From: Kiritimatiellia bacterium
Lineage (GTDB): Bacteria > Verrucomicrobiota > Kiritimatiellia > RFP12 > UBA1067
Direction: 5' to 3'
Length of the DNA stretch: 64,000 nucleotides
NCBI GenBank assembly: GCA_050949565.1
Contig: JBMNFY010000017.1
Coordinates: forward strand, 1,312,001 to 1,376,000
Shown here: piece by piece, positions 1 to 8,716 of the stretch
Position numbering within the stretch: position 1 is the stretch's first letter
Layout of the letters: each line of letters opens with the position of its first letter
Made by a program: the position numbers and the translations under genes
Notes under the pieces: generated by a model
Databases searched by the model: none
Seen by the model: the letters and a program-made list of their open reading frames with translations, nothing else
Told to the model about the DNA's origin: nothing

Positions 1-347
1 ACCGCGTATACCGCTCGCGCCTCAGGCGTTTCCTTGCCCCACGGCACTATCTCCTGTTGCAGGAGCCAATTCAGGTAATCGCCCGCCAACTCCGCTAGAC
101 TCGACCGTGCCACATCGGTAAGGCGCATCTCGGTCTCTTTGGAGGTCGCCCGCCGCGCTGAGCCCGCAGCAATGTTGGCGCATCCCGAACGCGCGGCCTG
201 CGTCATCTGATCGTACTGTCGTCCGCACGGATCGTTCGTGCGGTTCAGAAAGCGCTTGCAGAACCGCTGCGTCCCAAGTTGCACGACATTCGCCAATATC
301 CACGAATCTAACCAGAAATACCCGCCTGTACCACCGAACATGCTCAT
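1..347 (-). CDS. Four-helix-bundle (IVS-encoded/TIGR02436-like) protein, 3' end outside the window
   Basis: Not in the ORF track. Manual translation from ATG 347 (AAGGAG RBS upstream) gives MSMFGGTGGYFWLDSW...QYDQMTQAARSGCANIAAGSARRATSKETEMRLTDVARSSLAELAGDY, which aligns by eye with the paralogue at 56858-57499. Confidence 0.85.
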   Translation of the reverse strand, partial: MSMFGGTGGYFWLDSWILANVVQLGTQRFCKRFLNRTNDPCGRQYDQMTQAARSGCANIAAGSARRATSKETEMRLTDVARSSLAELAGDYLNWLLQQEIVPWGKETPEARAVYA

Positions 348-366
348 AACCCACTCCTTTCGTTTT

Positions 367-433
367 TCGATAGAATCGAGGGATTCGAGTGAATCGATTC
401 CTTCGATTATTTCGATTCGCTCGATTCTTTCGA
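367..433. repeat. 9-bp-period TCGA repeat (8 copies), self-complementary
   Basis: TCGA at 367, 376, 385, 394, 403, 412, 421 and 430; overlaps the aroA stop codon. Confidence 0.9.
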
Positions 434-1747
434 CCCCGCCCTCACACTCACCCCCAGTTCCCTAAGCTGCTCCACAAAACCCGGGAATGATTCATTCAGG
501 ATCTCGGCGTGGTGCACCGTGACCGGCGCGGGCGCGGCCAGCCCGGCCAATGCGAGCGACATTGCCAAGCGGTGGTCGCCGTGCGCGTCGCACGCGCCGC
601 CCGTCAGCGTTCCGCCCTTGATCGTGAAGCCGTCGCGGCGCTCGGCGACCTGCACTCCCAACGTCTTCAACTCGCCGCAGAGCACAGAAATGCGATCGGT
701 CTCTTTGTAGCGCAGCTCCTCGGCGTCGTGCACCTCGGTCACGCCGGAGGCAAAACAGGCGGCCACCGCGAACACCGGGAACTCGTCGATCATCCGCACC
801 ACCGTATCCCCGCCCACGCGGACCGCCTGCAACGGTGCGGCCACCAATCGGATGTCTCCCACCGGCTCGCCCGCGACCACGCGCGGGTTCTCCACCGTGA
901 TCCGAGCACCCATCTCGCGCAGCACATCGAGAATCCCGGTGCGCGTGGGATTGACGCCAACATCGCGGACACAGAGCTCAGACCCAGGAACCAACGCTGC
1001 GGCAACCAACAGAAACGCGGCAGACGAGATATCGCCCGGCAAGGTCATGCGCAGCGGCGTGAGCGGTTGCAGCAACGGCGCGACCGTGACCGCACGGCCT
1101 TCCACCCGAATATCGGCACCCATCGCGGCCAGCATGCGTTCGGTGTGGTCGCGTGACGGCCCCGGCTCGCGCAGGGTGCTTTCTCCGTCAGCGGCCAGTG
1201 CCGCCAAGATCAGGCAGGATTTGACCTGAGCACTGGCGACAGGCAATGTCTCATCAACCGCTGTCAGCGGGTGCGACGCCGCGCGCGCCGCCAGCGTCAG
1301 CGGTGCGCAACCATCACTGCTCGTGATCGGCACCCCCATGCGCAACAACGGCGCGGTGATACGATCCATCGGACGTCGGCGCAAGCCGGCCGAACCGTCG
1401 AGCGTGCAGGGGGTGCCGGCGGCGGCCAGCGCACCGGCGAGCAGACGGATCGTGGTCGCCGAATTACCGCAATCGAGCGGTGCGGCGGGCGGCGTGAAAC
1501 CGCGCAGGCCGCGCCCCTGCACCGTCAGACGGGAATCATCGAGGTGCCAGACGATGCCGAGCGCATCAAGCGCGTTCAACATCGCATGCGTCACGCCGGA
1601 CACCAGGAAGCGATCGATCACGCTTTCGCCTTCGGCGAGCGCGGCAAAGAGCGCGGCGCGGTGCGAGAGTGATTTATCGCCAGGCAGCAAGCACGTACCG
1701 CCCAGCGGAACATCGGCAGACAGAGTAAGATCGAACTGAGGTTGCAT
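407..1747 (-). CDS. aroA: 3-phosphoshikimate 1-carboxyvinyltransferase (EPSP synthase)
   Basis: Motifs PGDKSLSHRA, LDCGNSATT, ASAQVKS, RDHTERML, KETDRI, GDHRLAM. Confidence 0.97.
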   Translation of the reverse strand: MQPQFDLTLSADVPLGGTCLLPGDKSLSHRAALFAALAEGESVIDRFLVSGVTHAMLNALDALGIVWHLDDSRLTVQGRGLRGFTPPAAPLDCGNSATTIRLLAGALAAAGTPCTLDGSAGLRRRPMDRITAPLLRMGVPITSSDGCAPLTLAARAASHPLTAVDETLPVASAQVKSCLILAALAADGESTLREPGPSRDHTERMLAAMGADIRVEGRAVTVAPLLQPLTPLRMTLPGDISSAAFLLVAAALVPGSELCVRDVGVNPTRTGILDVLREMGARITVENPRVVAGEPVGDIRLVAAPLQAVRVGGDTVVRMIDEFPVFAVAACFASGVTEVHDAEELRYKETDRISVLCGELKTLGVQVAERRDGFTIKGGTLTGGACDAHGDHRLAMSLALAGLAAPAPVTVHHAEILNESFPGFVEQLRELGVSVRAGSKESSESK

Positions 1748-1877
1748 GTCAGCAGATTTTCCGCGATCACGCCGAGCTTTTCAATCCCAAATCCTAAATC
1801 CTAAGTGATAACTCCGCGCTCCGCGCACAGCGCGAAGCGCGGTTGCGCTCTGCGCATAAGGTTTGTTACCATTCGGC

Positions 1878-3380
1878 ATGACTGCTAAACATGCCCCCGT
1901 ACGGTTCTGCCTGGAAGTTTCACCGGCACCTTGCGTGCTTGTTCTGTTCGGTGCCACGGGTGACCTCGCGCGCCGGAAACTATTCCCCTCGCTGTTTCAG
2001 CTTCACACACGTGACCTGCTGCACGCCACTTCGCGTATTGTAGGTTGCGGTCGCACGCGCCACGATCAAGAATCTTTCCGCGCTCTGGTCGCCGAGGCCC
2101 TGCCGCCGTCGGCCTCCGCCGCCGAGCGTGACACGTTTCTAGCGCGTTTCAGCTATGTGCGGACCGACGAGACCGATCCCGACACCTTTGCGCATCTCGG
2201 GCAGCACCTCGCAGAACTGGATCGGATCGAGACTCCGGCTCCGTTCAATCATCTTTTCTATCTCGCCATCCCGCCCTCTACCTACCAGTCGATTTTCGCA
2301 CGTCTCACCGCAGCGGGCTTGCTCGAAGAGTCGGGCCACAATTCGGCATGGCGTCATGTGCTGCTGGAGAAGCCGTTCGGGACAGACTCCGCCACGGCGG
2401 CGGAGTTGGACGCCTTCCTGCAGCAGCATGCGCGTGAAGAGCAGATTTTCAGGATCGACCACTATCTGGGGAAGGAAACGGTTCAAAACATCCTGATCAT
2501 GCGCTTCGCAAACATCCTCTTGGAGCCGGTCTGGAACCACACCTATATCGACCATGTGCAGATCACGGTTGCGGAGGCGCTGGGCATCGAGCACCGCGCC
2601 GGTTTCTACGAGCAATCGGGATTGTTGCGCGACATGTTCCAGAACCACTTGCTGGAGATGCTCGCGTTGGTGGCGATGGAACCGCCCGCCGAGTATTCAG
2701 CCGATGCGATCCACCGCGAAAAGCTGGCGCTGATCCGCGCCATCCGTCCCTTCCCGTGTGACACGCTCGGAGATGTCATGGTGCGGGGGCAGTACGCAGC
2801 GGCAGACAACATGGCCGGATACCGCGAGGAGCCGGGGGTCGATCCGAGCTCCACGATTGAAACCTTTGCGGCCACCAAGCTGTGGATCGACACACCGCGC
2901 TGGCAGGGCGTGCCCTTTTATCTGCGCTCAGGCAAGCGTCTTACGAAAAGAACCAGCACCATCACCTTGGTCTTCAAGTGCTCAGCGCATACCCTGTTCG
3001 GCACCTGCGAGCCCGACTCGCTGGTGCTCAACGTGCAACCGGATGAAGGCATGATCCTGAATTTGCAGGCCAAGCGCCCAGGACCCAAACTGTGCATGGG
3101 CGAATTGCCGCTCGCCTTCAAATACGCCGACCTCGGTGATGAATTGGACGCTCCTGACGCCTATGCGCGGTTGCTCTTGGACGCCATGCTGCACGACCAC
3201 ACGCTCTTCGTCCGCAATGAGACGATCGCGGCGGCCTGGCAACTCTTCACGCCGGTCCTTGAGACCTGGCGCGATCATCCAGACCGCTGCCCGTTGCATC
3301 CCTATGCCGCAGGTTCGGACGGTCCCGCGGCCGCCGCAGACCTTCTGGCCCGCGACGGTCGGGCGTGGCGTCCGGTTTAG
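1878..3380 (+). CDS. zwf: Glucose-6-phosphate 1-dehydrogenase
   Basis: Motifs FGATGDLARRKL, EKPFG, RIDHYLGKE, RDMFQNH, GVPFYLRSGK. Start moved to ATG 1878. Confidence 0.97.
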   Translation: MTAKHAPVRFCLEVSPAPCVLVLFGATGDLARRKLFPSLFQLHTRDLLHATSRIVGCGRTRHDQESFRALVAEALPPSASAAERDTFLARFSYVRTDETDPDTFAHLGQHLAELDRIETPAPFNHLFYLAIPPSTYQSIFARLTAAGLLEESGHNSAWRHVLLEKPFGTDSATAAELDAFLQQHAREEQIFRIDHYLGKETVQNILIMRFANILLEPVWNHTYIDHVQITVAEALGIEHRAGFYEQSGLLRDMFQNHLLEMLALVAMEPPAEYSADAIHREKLALIRAIRPFPCDTLGDVMVRGQYAAADNMAGYREEPGVDPSSTIETFAATKLWIDTPRWQGVPFYLRSGKRLTKRTSTITLVFKCSAHTLFGTCEPDSLVLNVQPDEGMILNLQAKRPGPKLCMGELPLAFKYADLGDELDAPDAYARLLLDAMLHDHTLFVRNETIAAAWQLFTPVLETWRDHPDRCPLHPYAAGSDGPAAAADLLARDGRAWRPV

Positions 3381-3970
3381 CCTAACGCGGACAAAGCCCG
3401 CAACCCTCACCCCGTCCCTCTCTGTAATTTTAGCTAACAGATTTCAGATGGCTCACATCTGCGCACACCGCCTCCCTTGTCGCCGTGCCCCCCAGGGTCA
3501 CATATTCGAATATGTGACCCTGGGGGTGGTTGTTTTTCTAACTCCCTCCCACCGGCGTGCTTGGAAGTTGCAAGTTGAGCGTTGCAAGTTGAGCGTTTTC
3601 CGCGCGTTGCGCGGAACATGGCGGCGTGAAACGCCGCCCGGTCAAGCAGACGCTTGACCCTCCCGGTGCTCTGCTCCGCGAGGAAACCTGAGGCCGCCCT
3701 TCCGCACAGCGGAAGGCGGCTCGTAGGAACACTCGCCCTCCAACCTTCGCGTCTTCGCGCCTTCGCGTGAAACAACCGAGCAGTGCTTTTACACTCATCA
3801 TTGCGACCGCTGGGTGGTCGCAATAAGAGAAGTTGACCCGCGACCTACGACCCGCGACTTGCGGTCAGCACTGCCCTCAAAAAACCTCTGCGCTTCTGCG
3901 CCTCTGCGAGAGGAAACCAGAGTAGCGCAAATCTCAAATCCTTAGTGCCCTTAGTGCCTTCGTGTGGAAA
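3381..3970. repeat. Composite intergenic repeat mosaic (palindrome, REP-like hairpins, 7/8/9-mer tandem modules)
   Basis: Perfect 38-bp palindrome 3489-3526; 7-mer repeats about 3566-3597; CTTCGCG x3, CGACCYR x4, CTCTGCG x3, AAATCTC and CTTAGTGC modules. Confidence 0.85.
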
Positions 3971-4478
3971 ACACCTTGGTCTTGGCTTGGCCGCCCTTCA
4001 TCGGGAAGATGCCGGCCATCTCCGGCGCGATCGCGAAGATCACGAGGTTCTCCTTGAAGTTTTTCGCGAAGAAGGGGTAATCCCCGATGATCTTCGCCTT
4101 GACCGCCTCATCCGTGCACAACTCGGCGGTTCCCTTGTAGCGTAAATACGCGCTGCCGTCGGTCGCCGTACGTGCAATCTCGACTTTGGGGTTCTTTTGG
4201 ATTTGCGCGTACATCTCCTTCTTTTTCGAGGTGACCAGCACCAGCTTGTTATCAATCACAAAGGTGTACTTGATCGGACGGACGCGCGCACCATCCTGCT
4301 CGCAGGTCGCGAGATAAAAGTGGCCGGCTTTTTCTAGGAAGCCCGCCACCTCCTGCAGAAACACATCCTGCTTATCAGCGCTCTCTTTGATCAACACGTA
4401 GCTCTTGATCTCCTCGCCCTTGCCGACCAATACGGCCAACGCCACTATCATCATCATCCATGCTCGTTTCATTTTCAT
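3951..4478 (-). CDS. Pyridoxamine 5'-phosphate oxidase-like (FMN-binding split barrel) protein with signal peptide
   Basis: FYLATCEQDGARVRP...TSKKKEMYAQIQKNPKVEI; hydrophobic N-terminus. Confidence 0.8.
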   Translation of the reverse strand: MKMKRAWMMMIVALAVLVGKGEEIKSYVLIKESADKQDVFLQEVAGFLEKAGHFYLATCEQDGARVRPIKYTFVIDNKLVLVTSKKKEMYAQIQKNPKVEIARTATDGSAYLRYKGTAELCTDEAVKAKIIGDYPFFAKNFKENLVIFAIAPEMAGIFPMKGGQAKTKVFSTRRH

Positions 4479-4505
4479 CGATAACCTCCTTGTACTTACT
4501 AAACA

Positions 4506-4757
4506 CTACCCTTCCAACTCGACTTTCTTCGCAATCGCCCGCGACACGAGAAAACGCGCTTCGCCAGCACCGATCACCAGTGAGCGCTCATGCTTGCGAT
4601 TGCGGAACATCCGCACGCGGACTCCGGGATAGAGCCCCATTTCGGCGGACTTGCGGTCGTGGTTCACGCGGATGATTCCGCATTCGCCATCCTTAAGATC
4701 CATGAGACAGCGCCCGGTTGACGGCGTCGACTGGAGATTGTCGTCACGATGACTCAT
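4506..4757 (-). CDS. feoA: Ferrous iron transport protein A
   Basis: LMDLKDGECGII...EMGLYPGVRVRM...LVSRAIAKKVEL. ATG 4757 overlaps the feoB stop (ATGA). Confidence 0.8.
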   Translation of the reverse strand: MSHRDDNLQSTPSTGRCLMDLKDGECGIIRVNHDRKSAEMGLYPGVRVRMFRNRKHERSLVIGAGEARFLVSRAIAKKVELEG

Positions 4758-7018
4758 ACGACTACCCGCTTTCCAACTGTTCGCATCAGACCATAACCGC
4801 ACACCGCGGCGACGGCCACACCACCTATCCAGAGCGTCGCATGCAACGGCGCTTCCGCAAAAGTGGCAAGCTGATAGTACACCGTCGCCACCATCCACGC
4901 CAGCAGCGTCTGGTAGGTCACAGCAAAAAGCATCCAGCGCCAACCCGCCTCACGCGCCAACACGATCAACGCCGCCAGACACGGCGAATAGATCAGCACG
5001 AACAAGAGATAGGCGAAGGCGGCAGCGCGGGAATCGAAATGGTCGCGCAACGCATTGAGCAGGCCACCACAATGCACCGAGCACTCCTGCGGCCCCGCAC
5101 ATCCTTGCTGTTCCGCACACTCCGCTGCTACCACACCGCCACCGGACTTGTAGGCGGCGACCAGCCGTTTGGCGGCATCCTTAAGCGCTTGCCCCAGCAC
5201 GAACGGGGCATCGCCATGCGCGTCTTCTTCATGCGCGTAAAGCACCTCCAGCGTTCCCACAATCGCCTCCTTGGCCATCAACCCTGCCAGCAGTCCGGCG
5301 GCGGCAGGCCAGTTTTCTTCCGACACACCCATCGGACGCAGCGTCACCGTCATGGCACGTGCGGCAGATGTACGCCATTCGTTGGCGCGTTCCGCGTCGC
5401 CGCTTATCCGGTCAAGCAATGCATTGCCAAGACTCAACAGCAATGCGATCAAGACGATCACTTGACCGGCACGTGTGAGAAAATTTTTGAGGTTGGCCCA
5501 CACGTGCTCCAGACAGCCGCGCAGCGCAGGTACATGATACGGCGGAAGCTCCATCACAAAGGCCGCCGCCTCGCCCCTCAGCAAGGTGCGGTGCAACACG
5601 AGCCCCGATAAAATCGCGAGTATGCCGCCGATCAGATAGAGTGCAAAGATCACCAGATTGCCCGAACGCTGGAAAAAGGCCATTGCGAAAATCGCATAGA
5701 CCGGCATCCGCGCGCCGCACGACATGAAGGGCGCGATCAGCATTGTCAGTATGCGGGCGCGCCGTTGCTCCAGCGTGCGCGTCGCCATCAAGGCCGGCAC
5801 CGTACAACCGAAGCCGACCAACAGCGGGATAAACGCTTTGCCCGGCAAGCCGATGCCATTGAGAAAACGATCCATGATGAACGCCGCGCGCGCCATATAG
5901 CCCGACTCCTCCAACAATGTCAGGCAGAGGAAGATCATGCAGATCGGCGGCATGAAGGTCGCGACCGTCGTCAAGCCGGCACCGGCACCGTCGGCAAGCA
6001 GCGTGATCAAAATCTCAGGCGCGCCGCGTGCGGTCAGCCAGACCCGCGTCTGATTGATCAGCAGCGCGCTAAACACACTGTCAAAAAAATCGACCAGCGG
6101 CTGTGTCAGCCGCACGGTAAGCCAGAAGACGACGAACATCACGCCCAGAAATGCGGGGATGCCGACTGGACGGCTCAGCAACACGCGGTCGGCGATATCG
6201 GAAAAACGCCGCCGCATCTCGTCCCGGCGGCATACCACGTCGCGCGCGAGGCCGCGGATAAAGCCCAGCCGCGCATCCATCACCGCAGTCTCCGGACGCT
6301 GTCCGGTATGCCGCGCTAACCGCGCGTTCTCTTCCTCCACGATCGCGTCGAACATGCCGCCCGTCAATTCACGCGCGCACGGGTCGCGCTCCAGCAACTT
6401 GATCGCCAGCCACCGCGAATCCACACCCGCGTCATCGGCAGCCACGATCAGACACACCTGCAAGCGCCGCACCGAGGGCTCCGCTTCGCCGTACGCCACA
6501 TGCGCCGCGGGCAGACGGCGTTCGGACGCGACCTCCGCCACCGCCGTGCGCAGCTCCGCCAGTCCCTCGCCGCGCGAGGCAACCATCGGCACGACCGGGC
6601 AACCCAGATGTTGCGCCAGATGCCGCGCATCCACCTTGATCCCGTGCCGCTCCGCCACATCCACCTGATTGAGCGCCACCACCAACGGCACGCGCATATC
6701 CAGCAGTTGGGAGGTAAGGTAAAGGCTGCGTTCGAGATTCGAGGCATCGACAATGTTGATGACCGCAGACGGACGGTTGCGAATCAGATAATCGCGGGCG
6801 ACCCGCTCGTCCTCGGTATCCGGCGAAAAGGAGTAGATGCCCGGCAGATCGGCAATGCGGTACGCACGACCATTGAGCGTGAAATTGGCATGCGCGCTCT
6901 CAACCGTCACGCCGGTCCAATTGCCCGTGCGCTCATGCGCCCCCGTAAGCAGATTGAACAGCGTGGTCTTGCCGGCATTGGGATTGCCTACTAAAACGAC
7001 GTTCAGAACGTCGTCCAT
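4754..7018 (-). CDS. feoB: Ferrous iron transporter B
   Basis: GNPNAGKTTLFN, GNWTGVTVE, DLPGIYS, LEESGYMARAAF, GFGCTVPA, PFMSCGAR, FVMELPPY. Confidence 0.96.
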   Translation of the reverse strand: MDDVLNVVLVGNPNAGKTTLFNLLTGAHERTGNWTGVTVESAHANFTLNGRAYRIADLPGIYSFSPDTEDERVARDYLIRNRPSAVINIVDASNLERSLYLTSQLLDMRVPLVVALNQVDVAERHGIKVDARHLAQHLGCPVVPMVASRGEGLAELRTAVAEVASERRLPAAHVAYGEAEPSVRRLQVCLIVAADDAGVDSRWLAIKLLERDPCARELTGGMFDAIVEEENARLARHTGQRPETAVMDARLGFIRGLARDVVCRRDEMRRRFSDIADRVLLSRPVGIPAFLGVMFVVFWLTVRLTQPLVDFFDSVFSALLINQTRVWLTARGAPEILITLLADGAGAGLTTVATFMPPICMIFLCLTLLEESGYMARAAFIMDRFLNGIGLPGKAFIPLLVGFGCTVPALMATRTLEQRRARILTMLIAPFMSCGARMPVYAIFAMAFFQRSGNLVIFALYLIGGILAILSGLVLHRTLLRGEAAAFVMELPPYHVPALRGCLEHVWANLKNFLTRAGQVIVLIALLLSLGNALLDRISGDAERANEWRTSAARAMTVTLRPMGVSEENWPAAAGLLAGLMAKEAIVGTLEVLYAHEEDAHGDAPFVLGQALKDAAKRLVAAYKSGGGVVAAECAEQQGCAGPQECSVHCGGLLNALRDHFDSRAAAFAYLLFVLIYSPCLAALIVLAREAGWRWMLFAVTYQTLLAWMVATVYYQLATFAEAPLHATLWIGGVAVAAVCGYGLMRTVGKRVVV

Positions 7019-7040
7019 ATTCAATCCCCCCGCTCGCTTT

Positions 7041-7097
7041 TGTTAGACAAGGAAAACATGTCCGCAGAGTATACGGGGCACGGCCCTTTGAAAACAA
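7041..7097 (-). promoter_or_regulatory. Putative feoB promoter with possible metal-repressor operator
   Basis: Minus-strand TTGTTT...TATACT (-10 at 7068-7073), followed by the imperfect dyad TGTTAGACAAGGAAAACA (7041-7058). Confidence 0.3.
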
Positions 7098-7193
7098 GCG
7101 TAATCGGTAGCCAGCTGGCGTTTTGTGCAAAGTGTTGTTGACGGCGGAACAAGCGTCTGCTTGAGCGGCGGCAGTCACGCCGTCATCTTCAGG

Positions 7194-8537
7194 CTAAACC
7201 CGGTCGGGCACGATATAGGGTGCGCGGTAGTCGCGCGTCAGCAGTGCATTGGCCTCGGCGTCGCCCGGGAAAGTCAACGTCGCGGGATCAAAGGTCAGGG
7301 TGCGTCCCAACCGGTAGGCGATATTACCGAGATGAATCAAGGCACAGGAGTAAAATCCCTCTTGGATGCCGACGTTGAAAACTGCGGGATCGGGCTCACG
7401 AATTGCGTTGACGAAGTTCGCATAGTGGTTACCGATACCGGAACCACGTTCGCCAAGCTCGCGTTTCTCCCCCATGTAGGTTTGCCAAGACGCGACATCC
7501 TTGGCCATATAGCCCTTCGCGCCGAAAAAGAGATTGCCGGTCACGTTGCCACGGCTGGTGGCCATGTAGGTGTTGCCCTGTCCGGCACCTTTCAGCCACA
7601 TCCCGTCCTCGCCGTTCGTCACCCAATGGCGCACTTCGAATTGCAGGATTTTCTTCTTATCCCCGCCCCCTTCGGGATTGGGAAACTCGAATATCGCCAT
7701 CAGTACGTTCGGGGTCTCCTGCGCGTCGTCGAACATGACGTGTCCGCCCACGGCCGTGATCCGGGTCGGCAGCGTTACTCCCAATCCCCATCGGGCGATG
7801 TCCATCTCATGGACCCCTTGGTTGCCCATGTCGCCATTGCCGTATTCCCAATTCCAATGCCAGTTGTAGTGGAAACGGTTTTTGTTGAAGGGACGCTTGG
7901 GCGCGGGCCCCAGCCAGAGGTCGTAGTCGACGCCCGCCGGCACCGGCTCATCGGGAAAACGCCCGATGGTGTTGCGCCATTTGTAGCAGATCCCCTTGGC
8001 CATGTAGACCTCACCCAGCCCGCCTCCGTGCAGAAAACGCGCCATGCTCTGCGCACATGGATTGCTGCGCTGTTCGGCACCATCCTGCACCAGCACCTTG
8101 TATTTTTGGGCGGCTTCGACCAATTTGCGCCCCTCGTACACATTGTGGCAGCAAGGCTTTTCGACCGAAACATGTTTGCCGGCCTGGATCGCCCAGATCG
8201 CGGCCAGTGTATGCCAGTGGTTGGGCGTCACGATCGAAACCGCGTCAATCTCCTTGTCCTCGAGCAGCTTGCGCAGGTCCGTATAGGTCTTGGGCGCCCT
8301 CAAGTTTTTATCGGTAAAGTGGCGCTTGATGACCGGCGCGAAGAGATTGGAATCGACATCGCACAACGCCGCGACCTCGACATTCGGCAAAGCCTGATAC
8401 GCCTTGATATGGCTTTGCCCCATGCCGTGAATACCGACCACCGCCACGCGCACACGATCATTCGCAGCCGCCCACGCCCGGTGCGTTCCCCACAGCAGCG
8501 CACTTCCTGTTGTCGCCATAAACTGTCTACGCGTCAT
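7194..8537 (-). CDS. Tat-exported Gfo/Idh/MocA family oxidoreductase
   Basis: MTRRQFM twin-arginine signal, VAVVGIHGMG, TPNHWH, EKP, YDLWLGPAP, GDMGNQGVH. Confidence 0.92.
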   Translation of the reverse strand: MTRRQFMATTGSALLWGTHRAWAAANDRVRVAVVGIHGMGQSHIKAYQALPNVEVAALCDVDSNLFAPVIKRHFTDKNLRAPKTYTDLRKLLEDKEIDAVSIVTPNHWHTLAAIWAIQAGKHVSVEKPCCHNVYEGRKLVEAAQKYKVLVQDGAEQRSNPCAQSMARFLHGGGLGEVYMAKGICYKWRNTIGRFPDEPVPAGVDYDLWLGPAPKRPFNKNRFHYNWHWNWEYGNGDMGNQGVHEMDIARWGLGVTLPTRITAVGGHVMFDDAQETPNVLMAIFEFPNPEGGGDKKKILQFEVRHWVTNGEDGMWLKGAGQGNTYMATSRGNVTGNLFFGAKGYMAKDVASWQTYMGEKRELGERGSGIGNHYANFVNAIREPDPAVFNVGIQEGFYSCALIHLGNIAYRLGRTLTFDPATLTFPGDAEANALLTRDYRAPYIVPDRV

Positions 8538-8716
8538 ATCCAGTCTCCTCAACGTTGGTGATTCACGCCTCCGCTCTCCCGCGGCACCGCACAAACGATC
8601 CTAGTAGGATTTCCGGATTCCATCCTACACGGTCCGGATCACTTCTGCAAGCACGAGAGGCAGAATACGACAATTCCCCCTTACCCGACGTGTAGAAAAC
8701 TGCTAAACTACGCGAA

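Noticed and set aside
22-354. 110-aa minus-strand ORF from the track
   Set aside because: Wrong frame; the overlapping frame starting at 347 has the RBS and the family motifs.
7125-8561. 478-aa plus-strand ORF and similar long antisense ORFs (for example 38677-40068, 54048-55076, 11207-12316)
   Set aside because: Shadow frames of well-supported genes in high-GC DNA, with no recognisable motifs.
8604-8628. GTAGGAT...ATCCTAC hairpin as a REP or operator
   Set aside because: Only a 7-bp stem and a single copy in the window.
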